Part shown: positions 1 to 7,264 of the stretch, one piece after another | How the letters are laid out: each line of letters opens with the position of its first letter | Position numbering within the stretch: position 1 is the first letter of the stretch | NCBI GenBank assembly: GCA_964545455.1 | Contig: CAZJGU010000004.1 | Coordinates: forward strand, 3,409 to 67,408 | Reading direction: 5' to 3' | Source of the DNA: an uncultured bacterium | GTDB lineage: Bacteria > Deinococcota > Deinococci > Deinococcales > Trueperaceae | DNA: 64,000 bases | The notes under the pieces: generated by a model | Seen by the model: the letters and a program-made list of their open reading frames with translations, nothing else | Database searches by the model: none | Told to the model about the DNA's origin: nothing | Program-made: the position numbers and the translations under genes

Positions 1-875
1 AGTGCGGGCACGTCACCGGGGCGGGGGCACACGTAGTGCACCTCCTCGCGGTACCCGGAGACCGTCGAACCGATGAACGTCTGGACCTCGCGCCAGCCGT
101 CGGCGGCGTAACGGGGGTCGACGATCCGACCCTGGAGCGAGGTCAGGGCCTCAGGGTCGGATGCGTCGAACGCGAACGCGTGCCGAAGTGCCTGCACGAA
201 GCGCTCGGCACGGGTGGGCGACGGCACCTCCATCTCGATCGCGAAGGAGGAACGCGTTTCCTTGGTGTACAGGTACGAGACGGCACGCACGAGATCCGCC
301 GGGTCGTAGGCCTCGACGATCTTCCGAGCCAGGCGGTCCAGTCCGCGGGCCATCGCCTCCTCCAGCGCGGGGGTTCGCCGCACGATCGGGCACAGCGCCG
401 GTCCTCCCAGCAGGTTGTCGATCACGCGGTGCCGGCGACTGTCGCGGCGCCTTCCTACGATGTGACGCTTCGGATCGAGAACGGGCGCGTAGTTGCCCAT
501 CGTGGCGTCGGGCACGTCGAGACGTCGGCCCGCGAACCGTTCGTAGAGGAACCAGGCCTTGCGGAAGTACTTCCCGGTGGGCTCGGCGTCGTGCCAGGCG
601 AGCATCTCGGCGGGCGAGATGCGTTTCAGCGCAGCGACGAGCACGCCTAGGTCGATCGGTTCGTGTCGCAAGGCGAACTTGACGTGCGCGGCCGGGTCGT
701 CGCCGGGGGCGTACGTGGACGGATAGAACTCGTGGGTGAGGGGGCCGACGACCTCGGTCCGCCGAGCGCCCTTGTCGTGCAGGTAGCTGACGGTGCGTGG
801 CGGAGGGACGTCCAGGTCGAGTTCCTCGACGAGCCACGCAAGGCCGACGGGTCGAGTGGCGCGCGCGGAACTCAT
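1..875 (-). CDS. Fic family protein, N-terminal ~291 aa only (gene continues past window start)
   Basis: Not in the ORF track because there is no stop inside the window. The minus-strand frame is open from ATG 875 to nt 1. Manual translation gives MSSARATRPVGLAWLVEELDLD...VSYLYTKETRSSFAIEMEVPSPTRAERFVQALRHA...LTSLQGRIVDPRYAADGWREVQTFIGS. From memory this resembles the N-terminal region of long Fic proteins (SS-x-IE inhibitory-type segment, then a GWR..Q.F.G block). The catalytic HxFxxGNGR motif would lie outside the window. Confidence 0.45.
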   Translation of the reverse strand, partial: MSSARATRPVGLAWLVEELDLDVPPPRTVSYLHDKGARRTEVVGPLTHEFYPSTYAPGDDPAAHVKFALRHEPIDLGVLVAALKRISPAEMLAWHDAEPTGKYFRKAWFLYERFAGRRLDVPDATMGNYAPVLDPKRHIVGRRRDSRRHRVIDNLLGGPALCPIVRRTPALEEAMARGLDRLARKIVEAYDPADLVRAVSYLYTKETRSSFAIEMEVPSPTRAERFVQALRHAFAFDASDPEALTSLQGRIVDPRYAADGWREVQTFIGSTVSGYREEVHYVCPRPGDVPA

Positions 876-876
876 G

Positions 877-939
877 AAACGATTATGGACCTCGAAAAAC
901 GATTATGGAAGTCGCAAGGCTGCGAATAGCGATTATGGG
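877..939. repeat. Three phased direct repeats with core CGATTATGG in an AT-rich spacer
   Basis: AAACGATTATGGA occurs at 877-889 and again at 897-909 (perfect 13-mers, 20 bp apart). GCGATTATGGG occurs at 929-939 (30 bp further) and overlaps the TAA stop of the ARH gene (933-935). Confidence 0.8.
882..887 (-). promoter_or_regulatory. -10-like CATAAT 6 nt upstream of the Fic ATG (leaderless-type)
   Basis: The minus strand reads TCCATAAT-CGTTTC-ATG. There is no SD at -5 to -12. The hexamer is part of the proximal direct repeat. Confidence 0.4.
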
Positions 940-1880
940 ACCGCGTGAGGGGCGCCGCCCATCACCGCCTCCGCCAGGTCGCGCACGGCCGTCCCCAACG
1001 CGAGGCTCTCGCGCCAGCTCGCCGGGATCGCGGGCTCCCCGTACGCCGCTCCCGCGATCTGCCCGTACACCGCGCCCGTGGTGTCCGCGTCGTTCCCGAG
1101 GTTCACGACCTTCAGTGCGCCGGTCCGGAAGTCGTCGGTCCGGTGGAACGCCCATAGCGCCGCTTCCAGCGTGCGGGTGACGTGGCCGGTCCCGACGATC
1201 TCGGGCGGCTCCTTCTCCTTGAACGATCCACTCGCGACCTCTTCGATCGTGGCGGTCAGCGGCTCGTCGTCCCAAAGCCCCGGGACGACGGCGTACCGGG
1301 GCGAGAGCAACTCTTTCTTGGGTACCCCGCGCATCGCGCCGACCAGCAGGCTGGCGAAGTACCGGCAGGCGTCGATCGCCTCGCGCGCGCCGTGGGTGGT
1401 GCGCGACGACTCGCCGGCCAGCCGGACCGCTTCGGCCGGGTCGTGGGCGTAGGCGATGGCGATCGGGGCGAGGCGCATGAGGCTGCCGTTGCCGGCGGTG
1501 TTCGGGTCAGTGGAGCCGGCGCAGGGCTCGCCGCTGCGTTCGAAGCGGGCGAGGGCGGCGCGGGTGGCGTTGCCGATGTCGAAGCATCTGCCGGTGGAGG
1601 ACCAGTGCCCCTCGCGCCACCAGCGGACGTAGCGTTCCATCTGATCGCGCGGGTCGAAGCCGCCGCTCTCGACCAGGCTCTCCGCCAGGCACAGGGCCAT
1701 GGAGGTGTCGTCCGTCCACTGCCCCGGCTCCAGTCCGAACGGTCCGCCGCCGACCATGTCGTCGACCTCGTCGAACGTGCCGGGCGCCTGGAACTCGAGC
1801 GTCGTGCCCAACGCGTCGCCGACGGCCAGGCCGATCAGGGCGCCGCGGGCGCCGTCCGGGTCGACCGGTCCCAGGGGCAC
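933..1880 (-). CDS. ADP-ribosylglycohydrolase (ARH/DraG family)
   Basis: ORF 933-2270 (-) carries the motifs GLAVGDALG, TDDTSMALCLAESL, GNGSLMRLAPIA and GNDADTTGAVYGQIAGAAYG. I moved the start to GTG 1880, 2 nt after the upstream stop. The longer ORF prefix is Arg-rich shadow. Confidence 0.85.
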   Translation of the reverse strand: MPLGPVDPDGARGALIGLAVGDALGTTLEFQAPGTFDEVDDMVGGGPFGLEPGQWTDDTSMALCLAESLVESGGFDPRDQMERYVRWWREGHWSSTGRCFDIGNATRAALARFERSGEPCAGSTDPNTAGNGSLMRLAPIAIAYAHDPAEAVRLAGESSRTTHGAREAIDACRYFASLLVGAMRGVPKKELLSPRYAVVPGLWDDEPLTATIEEVASGSFKEKEPPEIVGTGHVTRTLEAALWAFHRTDDFRTGALKVVNLGNDADTTGAVYGQIAGAAYGEPAIPASWRESLALGTAVRDLAEAVMGGAPHAVP

Positions 1881-1882
1881 GG

Positions 1883-3850
1883 TCAGTACCCCGTCGCTCG
1901 CGCCAGCCCGGCGTGCCGGAGCGCCCGGGCGTAGGTCGATGCCGCCGTGGGGTCCATCAGCACGACGTCGATGCGGTGCAACGGCCCTTCGGCCTGGACT
2001 TCGCGCGTCAGCACGTCGATCGCGCGATCCGTCGCGAGGTCCATAGGGTAGCCGTTGCTCCCCGTCCCCAGCGCCGGCACGGTCACGTGCTCGATCCGCA
2101 TCTGGCGCGCCATCGCGAACGCCGCGGCGTAGGCCTTCTCCAGCAGGTCCAGGTCGTGCGGGCTCCCCTCGTACGCCGGCACGGCCACGTGGACGACGTA
2201 GTCGACGGGCAGGCGGTGGCCCTTGGTGACGACGGCCTGCCCCAGGCCGATCCTGCCGATCGCGCGGCACTCGCGCGTCAGCTCACGCCCGCCGACGCGG
2301 TGGACCGCGCCGTCCACGGACCGGCCGACGCCGTGCAGGTGCGTGTTGGTCGGGTTGATCAGCGCCTGCGCCGGGACCTCGGTGATGTCGCCCTGGAGCA
2401 AGCGGAGGGTGGCGGTGGTGCCGTCCGGGCGGGGGAGGTCGAAGGTCTCGAGGACCCGTGCGTCCTGGGTCGGATCGGCGAAGAGGCTTCCGCCGCCCCA
2501 GGACGGGTCGCGTTCCGCCTTGCGCTGCCGCAGCGTCTGGTACTTGTGCCGCCCGAACACGCTGTCCGACATGTCGTCCGCTTCGAAGCGGCGGTGGGCG
2601 AACTCGCGGCTGGCGTGCATGCGCTTGCGGGTGAGGATCTCGTCGCGGGCCCGGAGCGCGTCGCGCGCCTGCTCCATCCGACCGCGCTGGCGGGCCAGGC
2701 GGGCATCGTCCGGTGCGCCGTCCAGGGCCTCCTCCAGGTCGCGCAGGCGTGCTTCCACCCGGGCCGTGTCGCGTCGGTCCAGGGCCTCCATCGCCTCGTC
2801 GTACAGCCGGGCGGCCGTGGCGAGGACGTGCACGACGACGACGTCCGCGTCCTCCTCCCGGGCGGCGTAGGCGTCCGCGTCGATGGCGTCGGCGACGATC
2901 GGCACGGAGGCCTGCACCGTCTCCCCACCGGCGTCGGTCCAGGTCAGCGTGACGCTGCCGAGGGTCGCGTCGGGCGTGGCGTCGCCTTGCCGCAGCGTCA
3001 GTTCCAGCGGGACCTCCAGCGGCATGCCCAGCAGCAGGTCGGGCAGGACCAGGGCCCCGGCCTCCTCGCGGTAGGTGCCGATGGCCTCGATCCGGGTCGC
3101 GCGGTCGCCGGCGACCTGCAGGCGGGCATGGACGTCGCGTCCGACGGTGGCGTCGGCGGCGATCAGCTCGGCCGCGATCAGGCCTTCGAGGTCGGCGGGG
3201 GTCTCGGCGTAGGCGAAGCGTCCGCCGCCGGCCTCGGCGATGGTGGCCAGCAGGTCCTCCTGGAACCCGCGACCCAGGCCGACGGTGCTGGTGGCGATGC
3301 CGGCCTGCTTAAGCTTCGCGACGTCCCGGGCGATCTCGTGAGGATCGGTGACGCCGACGTTCGCCCGCCCGTCGGTCAGCAGCAGGACGCGGGCCGACCG
3401 ATCGTCGTCCAGAAGGTCGACCAGCTGCTGCGTCCCCTCGACCCAGCCGGCGTGGAGGGCGGTGCCTCCGCGGGCGTACAGGCCTTCGACGGCGCGGTGG
3501 AGCGGCGCGCGGTCGGTCACGCCGCTGGCGGGGAAGACCACCTCGACGTGGCTGTCGAAGGTGACCAGCGCGATCCGGTCGCCGTCCTCCATCAGGTCGA
3601 TGGCGTCGTGGGCGGCGGCCTTGGCGGCGGCCAGTGGTTCGCCCTGCATCGATCCGGAGCGGTCCAGGACCAGGGCCAGATCGATCGCGGTACGGCGACG
3701 GTCGGCGACGGGCGCGTCCGCCTGGACCCGCAGGAGCGCGGGGACGCGTCCGCCGGCGGCGGGGATGGCGCCCTTGAGGAAGCGGAGCTCGGTGGTGACG
3801 GTCGGGGCCGTCCCGTGGGTGCGTTCGGTCGGTTCGGCGGTGATGCTCAT
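1883..3850 (-). CDS. von Willebrand factor A (VWA) domain protein fused to a C-terminal macro domain
   Basis: ORF 1883-4573 (-) trimmed to ATG 3850 (AGGAGG upstream, ATGA overlap with the upstream stop). The N-terminal VWA carries the MIDAS motif DRSGSM and LLLTDGRAN. A central VWA-C-like/coiled-coil region follows. The C-terminal macro domain shows LLQGDITEV...INPTNTHLHGVGRSVDGAV...VPALGTGSNGYP. Confidence 0.85.
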   Translation of the reverse strand: MSITAEPTERTHGTAPTVTTELRFLKGAIPAAGGRVPALLRVQADAPVADRRRTAIDLALVLDRSGSMQGEPLAAAKAAAHDAIDLMEDGDRIALVTFDSHVEVVFPASGVTDRAPLHRAVEGLYARGGTALHAGWVEGTQQLVDLLDDDRSARVLLLTDGRANVGVTDPHEIARDVAKLKQAGIATSTVGLGRGFQEDLLATIAEAGGGRFAYAETPADLEGLIAAELIAADATVGRDVHARLQVAGDRATRIEAIGTYREEAGALVLPDLLLGMPLEVPLELTLRQGDATPDATLGSVTLTWTDAGGETVQASVPIVADAIDADAYAAREEDADVVVVHVLATAARLYDEAMEALDRRDTARVEARLRDLEEALDGAPDDARLARQRGRMEQARDALRARDEILTRKRMHASREFAHRRFEADDMSDSVFGRHKYQTLRQRKAERDPSWGGGSLFADPTQDARVLETFDLPRPDGTTATLRLLQGDITEVPAQALINPTNTHLHGVGRSVDGAVHRVGGRELTRECRAIGRIGLGQAVVTKGHRLPVDYVVHVAVPAYEGSPHDLDLLEKAYAAAFAMARQMRIEHVTVPALGTGSNGYPMDLATDRAIDVLTREVQAEGPLHRIDVVLMDPTAASTYARALRHAGLARATGY

Positions 3851-4551
3851 GAGCCCCTCCTTTGGGCGTAGAGGACGATCTCCCGGATCACGCGGTCCAG
3901 CAGGCGTTGGCGGGCGGATGGGGCGTCGGGCAGGCGGACGTCGCTGCGGACGTGCAGCTCGACCCCGTCGACGAGGGGGACGCGGTCCCAGTGGGTGGGG
4001 GCGTCCGGCGGGGTGCTGGCGGAGGGCGGTCGCGCGGAGAGGGACGAGGCCCGTGGGCGCGGGGCGAACGGGGCGCGGTGGGGATCCGGGGGGCGGCTCC
4101 CGCTGCGGGCCCGGATCTCGGACAGCGCGGCGGCGGCGCGGGCGCGGCGATCGTCGGCGCTGGGGGACGATCCGGAGGGAGGCGTCGCCGTGGCGAGGGC
4201 TTCGCTTCCCGCCGTCCCCTCGGCGATGGCCCGCAGAGTGTCGCGGTCCAGGCGGGTCAGCGCGCCGCCGATGGCGCCGGCCGAGACGCCGTCGGCCAGC
4301 AGGCGACGCAGGGCGAGGAGCTGCAGCAGGTGGTCGACGAAGTAGACGGCGTTCTTGCCGTCGCGCGAGGCGCTGTCCAGGACCCCTTCGGAGGCGTAGT
4401 GCCGGATCAAGCGGGCGTTGACCGTCCCGGTGACGCGTGAGTCCACCGGCTCGTCGGGAACGTAGTCGGGGAGGAGGGCGTTGGCGGCGTCGGTCAGCTG
4501 GTCCAGCGTCATCGAGGGGCGCGTGGCGAGCAGCTCGTCGAGGGTGGACAT
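3847..4551 (-). CDS. MerR-like HTH transcriptional regulator with Ala/Pro/Ser-rich linker and C-terminal domain
   Basis: ORF as in the track. MTLDQLTDAANAL...ARLIRHYASEGVLD...YFVDHLLQLLALRRLLADGVS resembles a MerR-type HTH plus following helix. It is the first gene of the VWA-macro operon. Confidence 0.6.
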   Translation of the reverse strand: MSTLDELLATRPSMTLDQLTDAANALLPDYVPDEPVDSRVTGTVNARLIRHYASEGVLDSASRDGKNAVYFVDHLLQLLALRRLLADGVSAGAIGGALTRLDRDTLRAIAEGTAGSEALATATPPSGSSPSADDRRARAAAALSEIRARSGSRPPDPHRAPFAPRPRASSLSARPPSASTPPDAPTHWDRVPLVDGVELHVRSDVRLPDAPSARQRLLDRVIREIVLYAQRRGS

Positions 4552-4557
4552 GGCCCC

Positions 4558-4586
4558 AGTCTAGGGCTGCCAAGAGATGTTGTCAA
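4558..4586 (-). promoter_or_regulatory. Promoter of the MerR-like gene: TTGACA-N17-TAGACT-N6-ATG (leaderless-type)
   Basis: The minus strand reads TTGACA (4586-4581), a 17-nt spacer, TAGACT (4563-4558), GGGGCC, then ATG at 4551. Confidence 0.6.
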
Positions 4587-4608
4587 TACCAACGATACGT
4601 TGTAGAGT
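4580..4608 (+). promoter_or_regulatory. Divergent promoter toward the phosphatase gene, with a palindromic operator in the spacer
   Basis: TTGTCA (4580-4585), 17 nt, TAGAGT (4603-4608). The spacer contains the perfect palindrome CAACG-ATA-CGTTG (4590-4602). The -35 box overlaps the -35 of the opposite promoter. Confidence 0.55.
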
Positions 4609-4679
4609 TGGGTTCGGCGCGCCCCGACGACCCCTGGCGACCCGTCGCGGCGCGCTCCTTCCGCCCCCGAGGAGGCACC

Positions 4680-5258
4680 ATGCCCAGGTTCTCCGTCGCG
4701 ACGTCCGACAGTCACCCCGTCCGGGTCGACGAGGTCCCGCTGCACGACCTACCCGGCACCCTCGGCCTGACGATCGCGCCGGGCAAGCACGGGCCACGCC
4801 CGTTGGCGGGCGGCACCTGGGCGCGCGACCTGGAACAGGACCTTGCCCGCCTGCGCGGGGTGTACCGCACCGAGGTCCTCGTTTCCCTGATGCGGCCGTA
4901 CGAGTACGAGCAGCTGCGGATCGCCGACCTGGACGCCCGCGCCGCGGCGCACGGCATCCGCGTCCGTCGCTTCCCGATCACCGACCTGCGCACGCCGGAG
5001 CCTGCCGACGCGCCCGCCTTCGACGTGATGATCGACGAGGTCCGCGCGGAGCTGGCCGACGGGCGGACCGTCACCATCCACTGCCGCGGCGGGCGGGGCC
5101 GGTCGGGTCTGGTGGCGGCGTGCGTGCTGGTGAACGGCGGGATGGCGGCGGACGCGGCGATCGCGCACGTGCGGGCGCACCGGGAGGGGGCGGTCGAGAC
5201 GGAGGGGCAGGAGGCGTACGTTCGTTCGTACGGGGTGCGGATCGCAGGGTCCGGGTGA
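4680..5258 (+). CDS. Cys-based protein phosphatase (PTP/dual-specificity, CDKN3-like single domain)
   Basis: ORF 4437-5258 trimmed to ATG 4680 (GAGGAGG upstream). P-loop HCRGGRGRSG (HCX5R[ST]). About 192 aa. Confidence 0.75.
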   Translation: MPRFSVATSDSHPVRVDEVPLHDLPGTLGLTIAPGKHGPRPLAGGTWARDLEQDLARLRGVYRTEVLVSLMRPYEYEQLRIADLDARAAAHGIRVRRFPITDLRTPEPADAPAFDVMIDEVRAELADGRTVTIHCRGGRGRSGLVAACVLVNGGMAADAAIAHVRAHREGAVETEGQEAYVRSYGVRIAGSG

Positions 5259-5476
5259 GGGCGGTCGGGCGGCCACGACGCCATCGTTCTCGGTCGGTGC
5301 GACGGAAAGCGCCGCGCGAGCCAGCCCCGTTCGTCGACGTCGCGCACCAGCGACGATGCGTCGAGATGTCGAGAGCGAACGACGGACGGGCTGCACCGCC
5401 CACCACCTGCGCGCCCATGGAGCAAGCGAAGGATCCTCTGCACGTATGCGTAGTTGTACGTGAGGAGGTTCGCTTC

Positions 5477-5752
5477 ATGGCAAGGTTGCCGACCATCGTT
5501 CCGGTGTCCGATCTTCCCTAGGACGCCGCCGGCGTGCTCCGCCGCCTCGCGGCTTCGGACGAGCCGATCGTCGTCACGCAACGCGGACGGGCCGCGGCCG
5601 TCCTCGTGAGCGCGGAGGCCTACGAGCGGACGCGCCGCGCGCTGGAACGGCTGCGCGCCTTGGCGCGCGGCGACGCCGACATCGCCCACGGGGAAGGGCG
5701 CGACGCGGACGACGTGATGGCCGAAGCGCGGGCGCTGCTCGGCACGCCCTAG
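5477..5752 (+). pseudogene. Phd/YefM-family antitoxin interrupted by an in-frame TAG at codon 15
   Basis: ATG 5477 (GAGGAGG upstream) gives MARLPTIVPVSDLP, then TAG (5519-5521), then DAAGVLRRLAASDEPIVVTQRGRAAAVLVSAEAYE in the same frame (5534 minus 5477 = 57). Confidence 0.6.
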
Positions 5753-5896
5753 GCCCATGAGGGCCGCTTCACGCGGCAGGCGGAGGGGCAGTACCTCGAG
5801 GCGCTTCGCTACCTGCTCGACCGCGACCCGGCTGGCGCGGTCACCGTCTGGATCGCCGCCGTCTGGCACGCGAGGCGAGTTCCGAGGGAGCCTTAG
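5753..5896 (+). pseudogene. ParE/RelE-family toxin remnant (no start codon, internal deletion)
   Basis: This continues in the antitoxin frame after its stop: AHEGRFTRQAEGQYLEALRYLLDRDPAGAV-TVWIAAVWHARRVPREP. It keeps the N-terminal (RFT..A...L..I..Y) and C-terminal (V.I..V.H.RR) ParE signatures but is only 47 aa and has no ATG/GTG/TTG. Confidence 0.4.
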
Positions 5897-6010
5897 CCTG
5901 CCGGGGGCGAGGGGTGAACTCGCTGGACACGTTCCGGGGGTTCTCCGGACGCGATCGTGGGGTACTGCGACGTCGCGCGGATGGAACTCGGTCCGCATCC
6001 GATCGCTCGG

Positions 6011-6027
6011 TACCAGTCTGGTATCAT
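6011..6027 (+). promoter_or_regulatory. Palindromic operator TACCAG-T-CTGGTA overlapping the -10-like TATCAT, 6 nt upstream of the RHH antitoxin ATG
   Basis: Perfect inverted repeat at 6011-6023. TATCAT at 6022-6027, then ACAGGC, then ATG at 6034. No SD. Confidence 0.45.
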
Positions 6028-6033
6028 ACAGGC

Positions 6034-6240
6034 ATGGCCATGACCCTCCGCACCGACGCCGAGCTCGAACGTGCCCTCGAGGAACTCGCCCGCGCCGAAG
6101 GCCTGTCCAAGCAGGAGGTCGTTCGGCGCGCCGTGCTCGAAAGGTACGAGCGGGCCGGGCATCGCGCCCGCGTGGGCGCATCCGCGACCGAGCAGATGCA
6201 GCGCTGGTCCGACGTCCTCGATCGGCTCGGACGGGCGTGA
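6034..6240 (+). CDS. Ribbon-helix-helix (CopG-like) antitoxin of the Doc module
   Basis: ORF 5914-6240 trimmed to ATG 6034. MAMTLRTDAELERALEELARAEGLSKQEVVRRAVLERY is RHH-like. GTGA overlap with the downstream Doc gene. Confidence 0.7.
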   Translation: MAMTLRTDAELERALEELARAEGLSKQEVVRRAVLERYERAGHRARVGASATEQMQRWSDVLDRLGRA

Positions 6241-6623
6241 GCCAGGGAGGGGTCGAGTACCTCGACGTCGAGGATCTGCTGTCGTTCGTCGACGCCCTCG
6301 GCCTCGGACCCGCGAGGGACGTCGGGCTTCTCGAATCGGCGTGCGCGCGCCCGCGCACGACCGCCTTCGGCATCGACGCCTACGCCTCGCTCGAAGCGAA
6401 GGCGACGACGCTGCTCGACTCGCTGGCCAGATTCCATGCGCTGGCCGAAGGGAACGAGCGCCTCGCGTGGCTCGCGACCGTCGTGTTCCTCGACCTGAAC
6501 GGGAAGGACGTCGTGCTGTCCGACGACGAGGCGTTCGCCTTGGTCATGGACGTCGCAGCGGGGGCGGTGGAGTTGACCGAGATCGTCGAGCGTCTGGCGA
6601 CGTCGGCCAAGGCTTCGCGCTGA
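6237..6623 (+). CDS. doc: Doc (death-on-curing, Fic/Doc fold) toxin
   Basis: Tail of ORF 5757-6623 from GTG 6237. YLDVEDLL...ACARPRTTAFG.DAY..LEAKATTLLDSLARFHALAEGNERLAWLATVVFLDLNG. The Fic-type motif is present as HALAEGNER. Confidence 0.8.
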   Translation: MSQGGVEYLDVEDLLSFVDALGLGPARDVGLLESACARPRTTAFGIDAYASLEAKATTLLDSLARFHALAEGNERLAWLATVVFLDLNGKDVVLSDDEAFALVMDVAAGAVELTEIVERLATSAKASR

Positions 6624-6773
6624 CGCAGCTTCTCCGACCGCTGGCCGGGTGAACCTGCTCGCCCGATTCCCTCCGGGGCGGCGTTCGCTCGGACTTCCGA
6701 TGCGTCGGATGGTCTCCAACGCCCTAGGCGTACGCCCATCCGCCGCGGCCATCGGACAGAGTGGCGGCTATGC

Positions 6774-6788
6774 TGGACACACTGTCCA
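6774..6788. promoter_or_regulatory. Inverted repeat TGGACA-CAC-TGTCCA upstream of the Xre/DUF2384 antitoxin gene
   Basis: Perfect 6-bp arms, 16 nt upstream of ATG 6804. Candidate autoregulatory operator. Confidence 0.35.
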
Positions 6789-6803
6789 CGAAGGGGGGTT
6801 GCC

Positions 6804-7259
6804 ATGCCCAGCGCGAAGAGCAAGGAGCCAAGGAAGAAGCGCACGGGCGTGCGCACCCCCGACGCGGCCGCGTCTCGCGTCGTTCGCTTCGTCTCGTCCC
6901 GGAAGACGCTTGCGAAGCCGTACCGCCTGGTTCGCTACGACTCGCTCGCGAAGCTCGGGAGAAGCACCGGCCTTTCGGAGGACGACCTCGCGGGCTTCCT
7001 CGGCGTCAGCACCAAGACGCTTGCGCGCCGCGCGAAACAGGGTCGTCTCGACGAAGTCGAGAGCCTCAAGACCGAGATGCTGGCCTACGTCCTGAACGAG
7101 GCGGCGCGGGTCTTCGGCGACGACGCGACGGCGCGACGCTGGCTGACCACCCCGGTCGCATCCCTGGACGGACTCCGCCCGCTGGACCACCTGGACAGCA
7201 TCGAAGGGTACGAGCGCGTGCGCGAGACCCTCGCCAAGATCGAGTACGGGATGTACTGA
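6804..7259 (+). CDS. Xre/MbcA/ParS-like antitoxin (DUF2384) of the RES module
   Basis: ORF as in the track. The C-terminal block ARRWLTTPVASLDGLRPLDHLDSIEGYERVRETLAKIEYG is typical of DUF2384 antitoxins. Confidence 0.8.
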   Translation: MPSAKSKEPRKKRTGVRTPDAAASRVVRFVSSRKTLAKPYRLVRYDSLAKLGRSTGLSEDDLAGFLGVSTKTLARRAKQGRLDEVESLKTEMLAYVLNEAARVFGDDATARRWLTTPVASLDGLRPLDHLDSIEGYERVRETLAKIEYGMY

Positions 7260-7264
7260 TCCGG

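Noticed and set aside
3851-4573. N-terminal 241-aa extension of the VWA-macro ORF (1883-4573).
   Set aside because: The extension is Arg/Pro-rich and overlaps the well-formed MerR-like gene in another frame. The internal ATG at 3850 has an AGGAGG SD and an ATGA coupling to the upstream stop.
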